Positions 49,243 through 60,405 of a stretch of DNA of 64,000 bases are shown piece after piece. A program made the translations under genes and the position numbers. The notes under the pieces are model-generated. The model searched no databases and was not told where the DNA came from. It worked only from the letters and a program-made list of their open reading frames with translations. Positions within the stretch are counted from its first letter, which is position 1; every line of letters starts with the position of its first letter. The stretch is from Vitrella brassicaformis CCMP3155 (taxonomy: Eukaryota > Protista > Chromerida): NCBI GenBank assembly GCA_001179505.1, contig CDMY01000495.1, forward strand, positions 1 to 64,000. Reading direction: 5' to 3'.

Positions 49243-51523
49243 TCACTTGCACTCCTGCACCTCTCGCCGGAAGTCTTGTTTGCTCTGTCCGAAGCCAAAA
49301 CGAGGCTGTTTCTCCTCAGCAGCTGCCCTGCTCCGCTCGCCCGGCCCCCTCTCCTTCCCGCCATCCGCCTGACGCCTAAGGAACTCCGACAAGGTGGGGG
49401 TCCGCCCGTTGCTTGCGCTGCCCGCGTCTCGCCACGCAGACACCCCCACGTTAAGCAGAGTGAGATGGAACACCGCTCCCCCCCTCCCCTCGACAGCTGA
49501 CTGGCCCGTCCACACAGGCTCGTCCGCGGCAGTGGGCTTGGCGGCAGGTGCGACGATGTGCTGGTCAAGCAGCTTCTTCGCCTCCTGCTCGATGGCCGAG
49601 CCGATGGCAGCAGGGGAGGGGGGCAGCGGGATGCCATACAGAGGGAGGGGGGCGGCCCGCGAGTGGCGGCCGGAGTAGCCCATGCCTCGGAGGCGCCAGC
49701 TCAGCACCACGTTGGTGGGGAGTCGGTGGTGCTCGGCATAGTCGTCGGACAGCCGCTGGGACAGCTCAGCCACGAGAGCAGACAACACCCTGAGAAAAAG
49801 ACAAAACCCGGGTAAATTCGAGATCGCCCTGCTTTCGGCAAGCATACCTCAGCGCTTGTTCGGGCGTGGTAACCTCCCCATCTCTCAGGGAGTCCTCACA
49901 GCTGAGTGACTTAGGCGGCCCCCCCTCCTGCACCGGCTCGTTGCCCCCGTCTGTAGCGCGTTCCTTAAGTACAGTTGCGACCTTGACCGACCCCAGCAGC
50001 CGCACCAGATCACCGACAGACCTCGAAGCTAGCTGCCCGAGTGTCTGCACCAACACACACATAGGGGAAAGAGTCGAATGTGAGGTGCGTGCTTCGGGGG
50101 TTGCCTTACGGTGATGCCGCCCTCTGTCAGTGTCTTCTCGTATGTGCCTCCGATGCCCGGCAGCTTGCGCAAAGGCAGTGGCGCCAGGAAGTCCCTGCAA
50201 GTCATACACAGCACGTTGACCACTTTGGTTGGCCCTGTTCACGAGTGTCGTCAGTTCAGTTCACTTTGGCCACCTGACAGCTGAGGGCAGGATGGTAGTC
50301 TGCATGTTCGGCTTGTGCAAACCTGAAGTAATCACACAGACGACGAAGGCAATGCAACACCAATCAGATAAGTCATCCATACGTCCATCCATCCACCGCT
50401 CTTGCCATGCGATCCTTCTCACCTGCCACCATCTTGGACACTGGCTTGTTAGGCCCTACTCCCCCGCAGCAGGTCAGCCCCAGCCTCGTGTGGATCCGAT
50501 CGCGGATCTCTTTGGCGATGATCGACGCTATCTTGTGCCGGCGAATGGTGCCGAGAGCGTTCGACGGGTGCGGCGGGGTCTCATATGAAGTCGGCGGCCA
50601 TTCGGGCACCGGGAGGCCTAGAGGACCGAGCAGATGGGGGTCCATGTCATACCTACAACCAACCAACGCAACAGCATCAGCGTACACACACATGTGCGGC
50701 TGTGGTTCTGTTCTCCTTTGCTGGCCCACCCGAGATAGGGCCCCTCCTCATCTTCACTGTCCGATTCGTCCGGCGGAGGGCCCTCCCCATCGCTCTCCCC
50801 ACCGCCAGCCGCAGTCTCGTCCCGCCGCCTCTTCTTCTCCCGCATGTGCGATATCAGCACGTCGCCCCACCGCCGCTTGCGGCCCCCCAGCAACGTCTCA
50901 TCGTCAGAGCTGCTCGGCTCGCCCACCACATGGCCTTCAAACAACAGCAGGCTGTTCTCGGTGATGGCCCGTAGCCGCACCGCATCGCTGATGTCGATGA
51001 AGAACTCGTCAAGTGCAAGCTTCTCAACGGGGGGCGGGGTGCCCCTCGGAGAGCGTGTGACACTCTTCCAGGTCTCGGGCGCTTTGAGCAGAGTCTCCAC
51101 ACGAGCGTTAGCCTCGCGGAAGGGGCGAAGGTTCTCACCGTTGAAGAGGATGAGGTCGGGGCAGACCCGCAGCGCCTCAGTGATGGGTGTTAGCTTCTTC
51201 ACACCTCTCCGCCGAGCCACATAGTTGCACGTGATCACCTGTGTGTAGACCAAAGCACAGGGAACAATTGAATGAACGATCTGCAGTGGGCACTTCGGCA
51301 AATGCGCACCAGGTACTTCTGTGTGACTCCCACGGGCTTGTCTGCAAGAGCCTTTGGGTCTGTCTGAATGAACACCTGGAGGAGAAACCACAGCAGGGCT
51401 TGATGTGATGAACCACCGCCAACCAAGAAGATCCTGAAGTTTCATTGGCACCTGTGCATAGAAGCAGTCGAAGTCAAGATGCAGAACCACCCTGCCCTCC
51501 CTGCCGTCTTCCTCTTTCACCAT
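49243..51523 (-). CDS. POLI: Y-family translesion DNA polymerase, iota-like
   Basis: VVLHLDFDCFYAQV, KPVGVTQKYLV|ITCNYVARRRGVKKL, LALDEFFID, GLTCCGGVGPNK..HKPNMQTTILP, LRKLPGIG, PKSLSCEDSL; these closely follow human Pol iota motifs as I recall them. Confidence 0.85.
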
Positions 51524-51624
51524 TCCCTTTCGCAAAGCGGCGGTTTCACGAAGCACCCTAAGCTTTGTGATCTCGCATCTCGCCAGAGTCAGATCTGCCG
51601 TTCAGTGGGGCTCGGCACACCGCC

Positions 51625-54482
51625 ATGAATGTATCTCAGGTAACAGAGGCACGTATTGTGAGCAAAAGCAGGCATCACCTCATGGCATGCAGTCCAATGG
51701 CGGTGTTGTGATTCAGTTGAAGGAGCAGGCGGCGGGCGTGGAGCAGGGCCTGGACCAGCTGCTGCAGCTCCAGTCAGAGGTGTGTGATACGACTGACGCT
51801 AGCACCTGACTGACGCACACGGAGTGTCATGATTAGTGACGAAAGCAAAGGCGCTCATTGCATTTGTGGCGTGTTGGTTCCTGCTATACTCTGTCGGTGC
51901 ATCATGCAGGTTGGCGCTTGTTTGTCCCAGATCAAGCAGGTGGACCCTGCCAATCACCCGGCTGAGGTACAGACACAAGACGAAACGGACGACACCGGGC
52001 AGCCGATTCACCGCGCTTCACTGATTGGTGTCTGCTGTTCTCTCTCCTGTGTGTCTGTCGCAGGAGTCATCACCTGAGTCGCTGCAGGTCCACGTCCAGC
52101 TGTCCCTCGCTGCCGCCCACGTCGACAGTGCCGTCACTCAGCTGTCGTCCGTCAAATCGGGGCTCTCGGGAGCGGTTGATGCGCTGACGGCCACAGCCAC
52201 GCCACCAGCAGCCACTAGCTCGGCAGCTGCAAATGCCGACGGACAGTCACAGGTACAGACCATGCAAGGCAATGCAATGCAGAGCTCTGAGAGAGCATTG
52301 TGTCCATTACATGTGTTTTGGTCACAGGCACGGCGTCCATCGTATCGTTTGATCCATCAAAGCGGCAACCCTCCCCCCGTCAACAAAGAAGGACCGGTGA
52401 GGGCCACGCACAGCAATCTGTGCGATGTAATCAGCCCATGGCGTGTTGTTGTCATGTTGGTTGCCACTTCAGGCCCGTCTTCGTCTGTCCCGCGATGAGT
52501 TGGCCAGCGTGTTCGGCCATCTGCAGCCCTGGGAGCTGACGCGCCACCGCCGGCGTCTCGGCACGCCCCTCTTCCATCAGTCGGCCGCCAACTACACCCA
52601 CCTGGTCATCGACTGTGAGGACGAGACGGCGCGGCACATGTGGGAGACCATGCCACTCGACGTGGCGCACAAGTGGGGGCAGAGGGCGACCAACGTGCGA
52701 GAGATCAAGCACCGCTACCCCAAGTGGCAAGAGAGCTGGTGTCGCGGCACCTGGGTCGCCGTGGTCGAGGGGCATGCGAGGGGCCGGGCGGCCATCGCAC
52801 GCAAGAAACGACGAGAGAGGGAGGGAGGGGAGGGGACAGCGGCTGCCGCGCCAGGGCAAGGGGATCAGCCGGCTGACGAGGGCACATTGGAGGTGCTGTC
52901 ATTCGAGGCCGTCGAGCTCGACGACAGCATTGACATCCCCAACCCTCCCCCCTCATCTGACCTGCTCCCCGCCCCCGCCGCCCCCATCCACCTGTCCGCC
53001 CTCACGACGGTCGACAACATCCCCAGGGAGTTTCTGAGGGCTCGCGTGGGCCGCCAGTGGCGCACACCTGCCGTCAAGTCGCTTATCACCAGGGACATGG
53101 CTAGTGATCTAAGGTCAAGGGTGGTTAGTGGTCTAAGGGCATGGCTGGCCGAGGCCATTGAGGAACTGGACCTCAAGGGATGGGATGCCGACATGACGGC
53201 CGATGGGCTGAGTGTGCTGCCCGCCGACGGGAAGTCGTTGGCGGCGCTCCGCACACTCCGGGGCGTCCGGATGGATTGGAGCCGCCCCGCCGACATCGAC
53301 AGGCTGCGTGAGGTGATGGTGGCGAGGGGCGTCAGCCGGTCCATTCGCGAGCTCGAGATCGACATGGGGTGGAGGATGCCGAGCACTAACGAGTACTGGG
53401 AGAGACTGCAGAGGGTCGCACGGCTCATGTAAGGACACAATAGAGGGAGGGACAGAGAGAGAGAGAGAGAGGGAGGGGGGAGGGGGGGAGGGGCTGCAGA
53501 GAGACGGTGCAATTCATTCCTGTGCTTTGTCTTCGACCAGTGACGCCATTGCTCACCCCGAAGCAGTCAAGAAGGGCGTCTTCGCACTCAGCAACGACGG
53601 CACCTGTGGACAGATTTCCGCGGAGCTCCTCTCGCGCAGCAGCACCGGCCCCGCCGCCGCCCAGAAGCTCATCAACGAGTACGCCAAGGTCGCTCACACC
53701 GTGGTGTACAGCGGAGGCGACGAGGCCGTCCCTGCGGCCATCACCGACGACTCATTCCCCGCCGCGAGCACCCTGCTGCTCTTTGGTGGTGCCCTGGCCA
53801 ATGAGGCCAAGAAGAAGCGGTCGGTCGAGATCGCCTCCCATATGCCCAGCCTGTCCTGCATCGAGACAAGAGGCGCTCCTGCTAGTGAGGTGTGAGTGTC
53901 CCTCGAGCGGCTGCAGGCGGCGCTGGTCCGCCGGGGGCGGGAGAGGAACCTTTCAGTGCATTGGCCCATCCAGCCGAGTGCATTTGTGGAGCCCGTGTAC
54001 ACTGACGGGAGTCCCTGTCTGTGGGGGCGGGGCAGCAACGACAAGCTGCCGTCGGTCGAGGAAGTGACGATCACCGTGCTCGGTGAGGGGATGGGGGTGC
54101 AAAGGGGAACCAGCAGCCATGGCGTCTGTGTATGGGGTGTGTGTTTATTTACTAAAGGTGCTTTACACGATGAGTTTGAGACCTTTTACAGTAACGTGAT
54201 TGCCACGATCACCTCATTCAATGACGAACTCAAGGTAACGCAACACAATACACCATACAGACACAGCTGTCCGGCAATGTGTATATGTCGTTCGTCCTCT
54301 TGGCTGAACACTAGGGCCACAAGAAGACCTGTGTAAGGGTACTTAACGATGCCCTGCGCACCGACTTCGAGCGGCGCTTCATGGCGCAGCATGCCGGCAT
54401 CAGCCTCCTCAACGGCGGGCCCTACAAGCTCAGCCTTGATGGCGATAAGCTGTATGTCGAGCGCCGCGATATTGGCATATAA
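51625..54482 (+). pseudogene. Lineage-expanded family member, copy A, with an in-frame TGA at 53893-53895
   Basis: Exon-by-exon homolog of 55887-58753. GAG GTG TGA aligns with GAG GTG TGG (Trp) in copy B, and homology continues after the stop. Confidence 0.6.
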
Positions 54483-55886
54483 GTAAGTAACGAGCGCGTC
54501 GTACACACAAGCTGCACACGCGCCACCGACGCGTCTGTGTGTCCGACCTGTGTCTGTCTGTGCTGTGCTTTGCTGTGCAGTGTCACACGTATCTTGTCCG
54601 GTAGGGCGGGAATAGACAGACAGACGCTGGCTACCCCTTTCAGTCAGCATGCTAGTGTTCCGTGTCCCACTGTTTGTTGAAGTGTCGAGTGTGCATGTGC
54701 TAATCCATCAGGACTGCTTGTGGATGCGATGCGCCGATGCGTCCATGCTGGCTTGCTCAGTTGTTTGGTATCTGACATGACCCACTGACTGCGTTTCGAA
54801 TGCATTCGATGCCATACATATCATCAACCACTGCACTGTGGTGGCCGACTATGTAACGTAAGCAACAGTCAGTATCTGGCGGTCCACGACCGCCTCATCG
54901 ACACCGATATACAAAGGCATCCCTGAGCGCCCTTAAGGGAGAATACAACACTCAAAGCCCTTCCACTGGACAAGAACACAGCATTGAAAACTCACTTGAA
55001 TTATCTGTCTATCGGTCTTAGTGGACGAACGTGTCTCTGTGTCTGTGTGTCTCCCTGTACACAAATGACTAACAAAAGGGCCAGAATGCCCCACGTTCTC
55101 CAGCCGTCATGCAACCCTTCCTCCTTTCCTCACCCCTCAGTCTGCATCGCTACGTATGCTACTGTAATCTGACACACCTGGCGGCCGATACATGCGTTGA
55201 CGCGCTGTCATACTCTTCCTTCCTTCAACTCCTGCAGCCCAGCCAATCAATTAGAGTGATGTCTCACTCACTCACCTTTGGCTGTCTGTCTTTCTGTCTG
55301 TCTGTCTGTCTGTGTGTTGGGTTCATTGATAAATGAGTGCAATGATCACGTGTACGCTCCTGCCTCCTCTCCCTTGCGGCTGACCTTGAGTGACTGCCTG
55401 CCTTGCTGGCGTCTGGCAAGAGGGGGTTGAAGCGCCAGTGCCTTTGATAGGCTTTGGTGTGTCCATGTTGAGTGATGTGACTGACTGACCGACCCACCGG
55501 CTGGCTGATTGGTGCCCAGTGGAGACATCCACGTGTGCGATCTGGAGGATGCAGACATTAAACGGAGCCACTCAGCCAGTCAGGCGTGTATGCACCATCG
55601 ATATGCACACGCATCAAGCTCTCAGCACACCCACAGCAACACACGGCACAGCCAGCCACAGTGGGCCGTGGTGGCTGTGAGGGAAGCCATCTCTTCCCGC
55701 TAACCAGCCACTCACTCATCTAGCTGTCTGTCTGCTCTCCCACCCCACCGCTCTACGCACACCGTCAAGGTGTTGTCGCCCAGCATCCATCCATCCATCC
55801 ATCTGAAGCTCTCTCAGCAACCTTCATGGGCCGCCGAGTGACCATCTGACAGGCGACACACACGGCCAGACAGACAGACACTCAAG

Positions 55887-58753
55887 TTACGTGGTGGGCG
55901 GTGGTGTGTGTGATGTGTGTCCTACCCATGTGCCGGCACTGCGCTCGACGCACAGCCCTTGGCCATCGAGGCTGAGCTTGTAGGGCCCGCCGCTGAGGTT
56001 GAGGCCGGCCTGCTGCGCCATGAAGCGCCGCTGGAATTCGGTGCGCAGGTTACCGCCAAACAAACCCACATATGTCTTCTTGTGACCCTGCAGGGCAAAT
56101 AGGACGAATGGCGTAGCCACACTGCCTGACAGCTGTGTCTGTATGGTGTGTTGCGTTGCGTTACCTTGAGCTCGTCCGTGAAGGACGTGATCGTGACCAT
56201 CACGTTACTGTAAAAGGTCTCATAGTGGTCATCATCCGTCGGCCCGTCATCATCTAGATCACCTTCAGTGAATGAACACACACCCCATGCACAGACGCCA
56301 TGACTGCTGGTTCCCCCCTGCGCCCCCATCCCCCCTTACCGGACACGATGATACCGGACACGATGATCGTCACTTCCTCGACCGGCGGCAGCTTGTCGTT
56401 GCTGCCCCGCCCCCACAGACAGGGGCTCTGCCAGTCGTGCACGGGTGCTGTGAATTCGTTTGGCGACAGGTCGAGGCACAGCGTCAGGCTCCTCTCCCGC
56501 CCCCTGCTGACCAGCGCCGCCTGCAGGTGCTCGAGGAACCCCCACACCTCACGAACAGGCACCAGCAGCAAAGCGTGCTCATGGTCTCCTATCTCGATGC
56601 GCGACAGGTTGGGCATGTTGGAGGCGATCTCGACCGCCCGCTTCTTCTTGGCCTCATTGGCGAGGGCATGCTCCAGCAGCGACAGTGTGTGGGCGGCGCG
56701 GAAGGTGTCGTCCGTGATGGTTGCAGGGACGGCCTCGTCCTCTCCGCTGTAGGACACGGTGTCGGCTCTCTTGGCGTACTCGTCAATGACCCGCTGCATA
56801 GTGGGAGTGCCGCTGCTGCTACGCGAAAGGAGCTCGGCGTCGATACTATGATAGCATGCATCCCCGTCACCGTCGGCCACAATGCGATTCGACAACGCCT
56901 CGTGATGAGCGACGACGTCACTGCAGAAAAGCACCAAAAGAGCAACGAGCACATGATGTGTACGTCACGTGTACTTGACCCTTTTCTCTTCTCATGTATC
57001 CTTACACGAGTTGTGCAGTTTTCTGCAGTCTCTCCCAGTGCTCGCCCATGTTCCACAGACCACTACCCATGCCGATCTCGAGCTCACGAATGGACTGCCT
57101 GACGCCCCTCGCCACCATCACCTCACGCAGCTCGTCGATGTCGGCGGGGGTGCTCCGATACATCTCGACGCCTCGAAGTGTGCGAAGCGCTTTCAGCGAC
57201 TTCCCGTTGGCGGGCAGCACCCTCAGCACATCGGCCGAGTCCTCTGCGTCCACTCCGTTGAGCTGCAGCACTTCGACCGCCTCGCAGTCGGCCAGCCATG
57301 CCCTCGCGCCCTCCGCCGCTAACAGACAATCTTCGGTGACGAGCGACTTGACGGCAGGTGTCCGCCACTGGCGGCCCACGCGAGCCTTCAGACACTGCCT
57401 AGGGATGTTGTCGACCGTCGTGAGGGCGGGCAAGTGAGTGGGCTCGGTGGGGGCGGGGGGCAGATCACATGAGGGGACAGGGTGGGGGATGTCAATGCTG
57501 TCATCGAGCTCGACGGCCTCGAAGGACAGCATCTCCAATGTGCCCTTGTCAGCCGACTGATCCCCTTGCCCTGCTGGCGCAGCAGCAGTCTCCTCCCCTC
57601 CCTCCCTCTCTCGTCGTCTCTTCTCTGCGATGGCCGCCCGGCCCCGCCCGTGACCCTCGACAATGGCCACCCAGGTGCCGCGACACCACTTTCCTTCAAG
57701 CCACTGGGGGGGGCGGTGCTTGATCTCTCGGACGTTGATCGCTCTCTCGCCCCATCTGTGTGCCACGGCCAGCGGCATGGTCTCCCACATGCGCCGCGCC
57801 GTGTCGTCCTCACAGTCGATGACCAGGTGGGTGTAGTTGGCGGCCGACTGATGGAAGAGGGGCGTGCCGAGACGCCGGCGGTGGCGCGTCAGCTCCCAGG
57901 GCTGCAGGTGGCCGAACACGTTGGAGAGCTCATCACGCGACAGCCGACGACGGGCCTGAAGTGACAATCAACATGACATCAAAGTAAGGTCAAGAGGATT
58001 CGATGTATCAGATCTGTCATGGTGTCGGTCTGACCGGTCCTTGATTCACATTCACAGGTGGAGGGTTGCCACTCCTGTAGACGAGGCGAAACGACGGACG
58101 GCTCACTGCAGGTGCCTGCGACACAACACGCCAACACACAAGACAAAAACAAATATCCACAACGTGCTGTGCCCGTCGTGTGTGCGTACGTCGGTCTGCC
58201 CGTCGGCTGCCGGGCTACTGGTGGGCGGTGCATCCCCTGAGGGAGTGAGTGCATCTACAGTACTGGAGAGGGCGGGTGCCAGGCACGACAGCTGGTTGAC
58301 AGAGGCCGTGCAGTGGCTGGCCAGGAGGCGCAGCTGAAGCCGCAACGACTCATGCGAAGACGCCTGAAATGCCCTAGAGGGGAAACATCAGTCAGTCGTC
58401 GAGTCAGTCACCATTGTGTAGGTGATGGCGGTTACAGTACCTGTGCAGGGTCATCACTGTTTGACAGGTCCAGCTGATTGATTCGCGATAGAGAGCCGCC
58501 CACCTGCATTCATGCAGCACGCCATCCATCCATCCATTCAATGAGTACCCACAATTCAAGCGCAGCCGTGTGTTTGCACGACCGTACCTGCGATTGCAAC
58601 TCCTGGAGCTGACGCAGGCTTTGCTCAATACTCGCGGCCTCAGCCTTGACCTGCAGATGGATGGACGGATAGCACGTGCCGAACGAGCATCACATCGCAA
58701 CGCATCAATGAGACCCCACCAGTCCGTTGTTCACTCACCTGCGCCGCATCCAT
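55887..58753 (-). CDS. Lineage-expanded family member, copy B (LSRDEL..QPWELTRHRRRLGTPLFHQSAANYTHLVIDCED), inverted relative to copy A
   Basis: Exons MDAAQ|VKAEAASIEQ..|VGGSLSRI..|..|ARRRLSRDEL..|..|..GGPYKLSL; exon structure essentially the same as copy A. Confidence 0.75.
56337..56366 (-). repeat. Perfect 15-bp tandem duplication across a splice donor (IIVSG x2)
   Basis: TACCGGACACGATGA x2 on the + strand; absent from paralog copy A. Confidence 0.9.
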
Positions 58754-58863
58754 GGCTGGACGTCAAGAGAGTGAGCTACCTCATTACGGAACGACTTCGA
58801 CGACCCGTAAAACAGACGCGAACATCTGCGAGCTCGGCCGAGAAAAAGAGCTCCCAAAGCGCC

Positions 58864-59909
58864 ATGTTTGTCTGTTGGATCTGTAGCTGGGCTGTCCAGG
58901 CCGCCTTGGCCTTCCAAATGCCGCACATGCCGAGGCAGATCATGCCCACGGGACAGTTCTCTGTTCGCGTGGCACGCGCCGAGGTGAGGAAGGAGTGGAG
59001 GATGACACAGCACAGAACGAGCACACCACGATTGACATAGATCTTCACTCATGCATGCCATTTGCACACATGCAGGCTGAGCTTGAGATGGTCGCACGTC
59101 AGAGGACGTCCGTGCTGAGGAGCAACTCGGTGGATGTCAAGGCTCCTGAGTCGAAGCGGCGCGCCCTGGAGGCCCGCATAGCTCCTCTGAGGCGGAACGA
59201 CACGTACGTCCTCATCGCCATCAATACGCAGTGTCCGCAGACTGAGCCGCTCATCGGTACCTGTGGATCGGACGGACACATCACATGGGGGAAAGGCAGA
59301 CGGACAGGACACATGGCGTGTCGTGTGTTGTGTGTCTGCATTGCATTGCAATGCAGGTACGCTCGACTGCGTGCTGTCTAGTTCTCAGCTCTTCATGAAG
59401 TGAGCTGGGATGCACACATTCGCTGAGATGGCTGCTAGAAGTCTCTGTGTGTGTCCGCGCAGAAATCTGTGGACACACAAGGACCACAGGAGGAAGGGCG
59501 TGGCGTCATCTTTGCTCGACCAGGCCATCATGCTGGCAGGCCAGATGGGCGTCAAGCTCATCATGCTCGAGGTCGACACATACAACACGCGTAAGGGAAA
59601 CAGACACACACACAAGACGCCACCTGTCCGGACCACCAGACACGCGCCTCGCCATGCCATGCCATGCCATGCCATGCATGTGTGTGTTTGTTGCTTGTGT
59701 GCCTGTGTGCAGCGGCCATGAGGCTATACGAAAAGTACGGCTTTCAGTCAGTCTCGTTCGGCGCGGGGCTGCTCAAGGTACTCCGTGTTGGCCGGATCGC
59801 CATGAGGAAGAGGATTAATGTTCCCGGCTCTGGCTCTGGATCGAGGGAGACGGTCACCGACAGGGAGAGCAAAGGCTCGCGGCAACTGGTGGCGACATGC
59901 GCGTCGTAA
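58864..59909 (+). CDS. GNAT (RimI-like) acetyltransferase, possibly plastid-targeted
   Basis: NLWTHKDHRRKGVASSLL (motif A), LEVDTYNT|AAMRLYEKYGF (motif B); N-terminus MFVCWICSWAVQAALA-F. Confidence 0.85.
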
Positions 59910-60405
59910 TGTGCCTAGCAGCTGGGACGATGGCTGTGTGTACAATAGTCCTCCTTTTTGGGGCTGGAGTGAGTGAGTGCATGTATCTATCTATTGAATA
60001 GAGTCTGTGTGAGTGGGAGGGCAGGGCACCACGTGCAGTGCAGCCTCCGAGCTCTGTCTGTCCGCTAGCTACTAGGGTGGCCGGCCGCGGAATTCCTGCC
60101 GGCAGGATTTTGGAGCACAGATGGACGGACGAGTGAACACTGACGTGCGATCACCATGAGGGCGAGAAAGTGTACAGCTAGATCATAGATAGATGGATGG
60201 ATGGATAGCCAGTGATAGCCATGCGGGCGATGCGATGATGAACCTCTGATGTGCCTCTGGTGTGTGTGCATAGACAGACAGACTCATATACATAATACGC
60301 CTTTACAGGTGTCTTAACCAGTCACTCATCCCCCACAGACATCGATCCATCCATCCATTGCGATAGAGCTGCCTTACACACAACAGAGACGTCGGATGAA
60401 TCACG

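Noticed and set aside
53893-53895. TGA as selenocysteine or a reassigned codon
   Set aside because: The paralog has Trp here, other genes in the window use TGA as a normal stop, and no SECIS could be identified
51625-58753. Inverted pair as a DNA transposon with long TIRs
   Set aside because: The arms are diverged intron-containing genes, and the 1.4-kb spacer shows no transposase or target-site duplication
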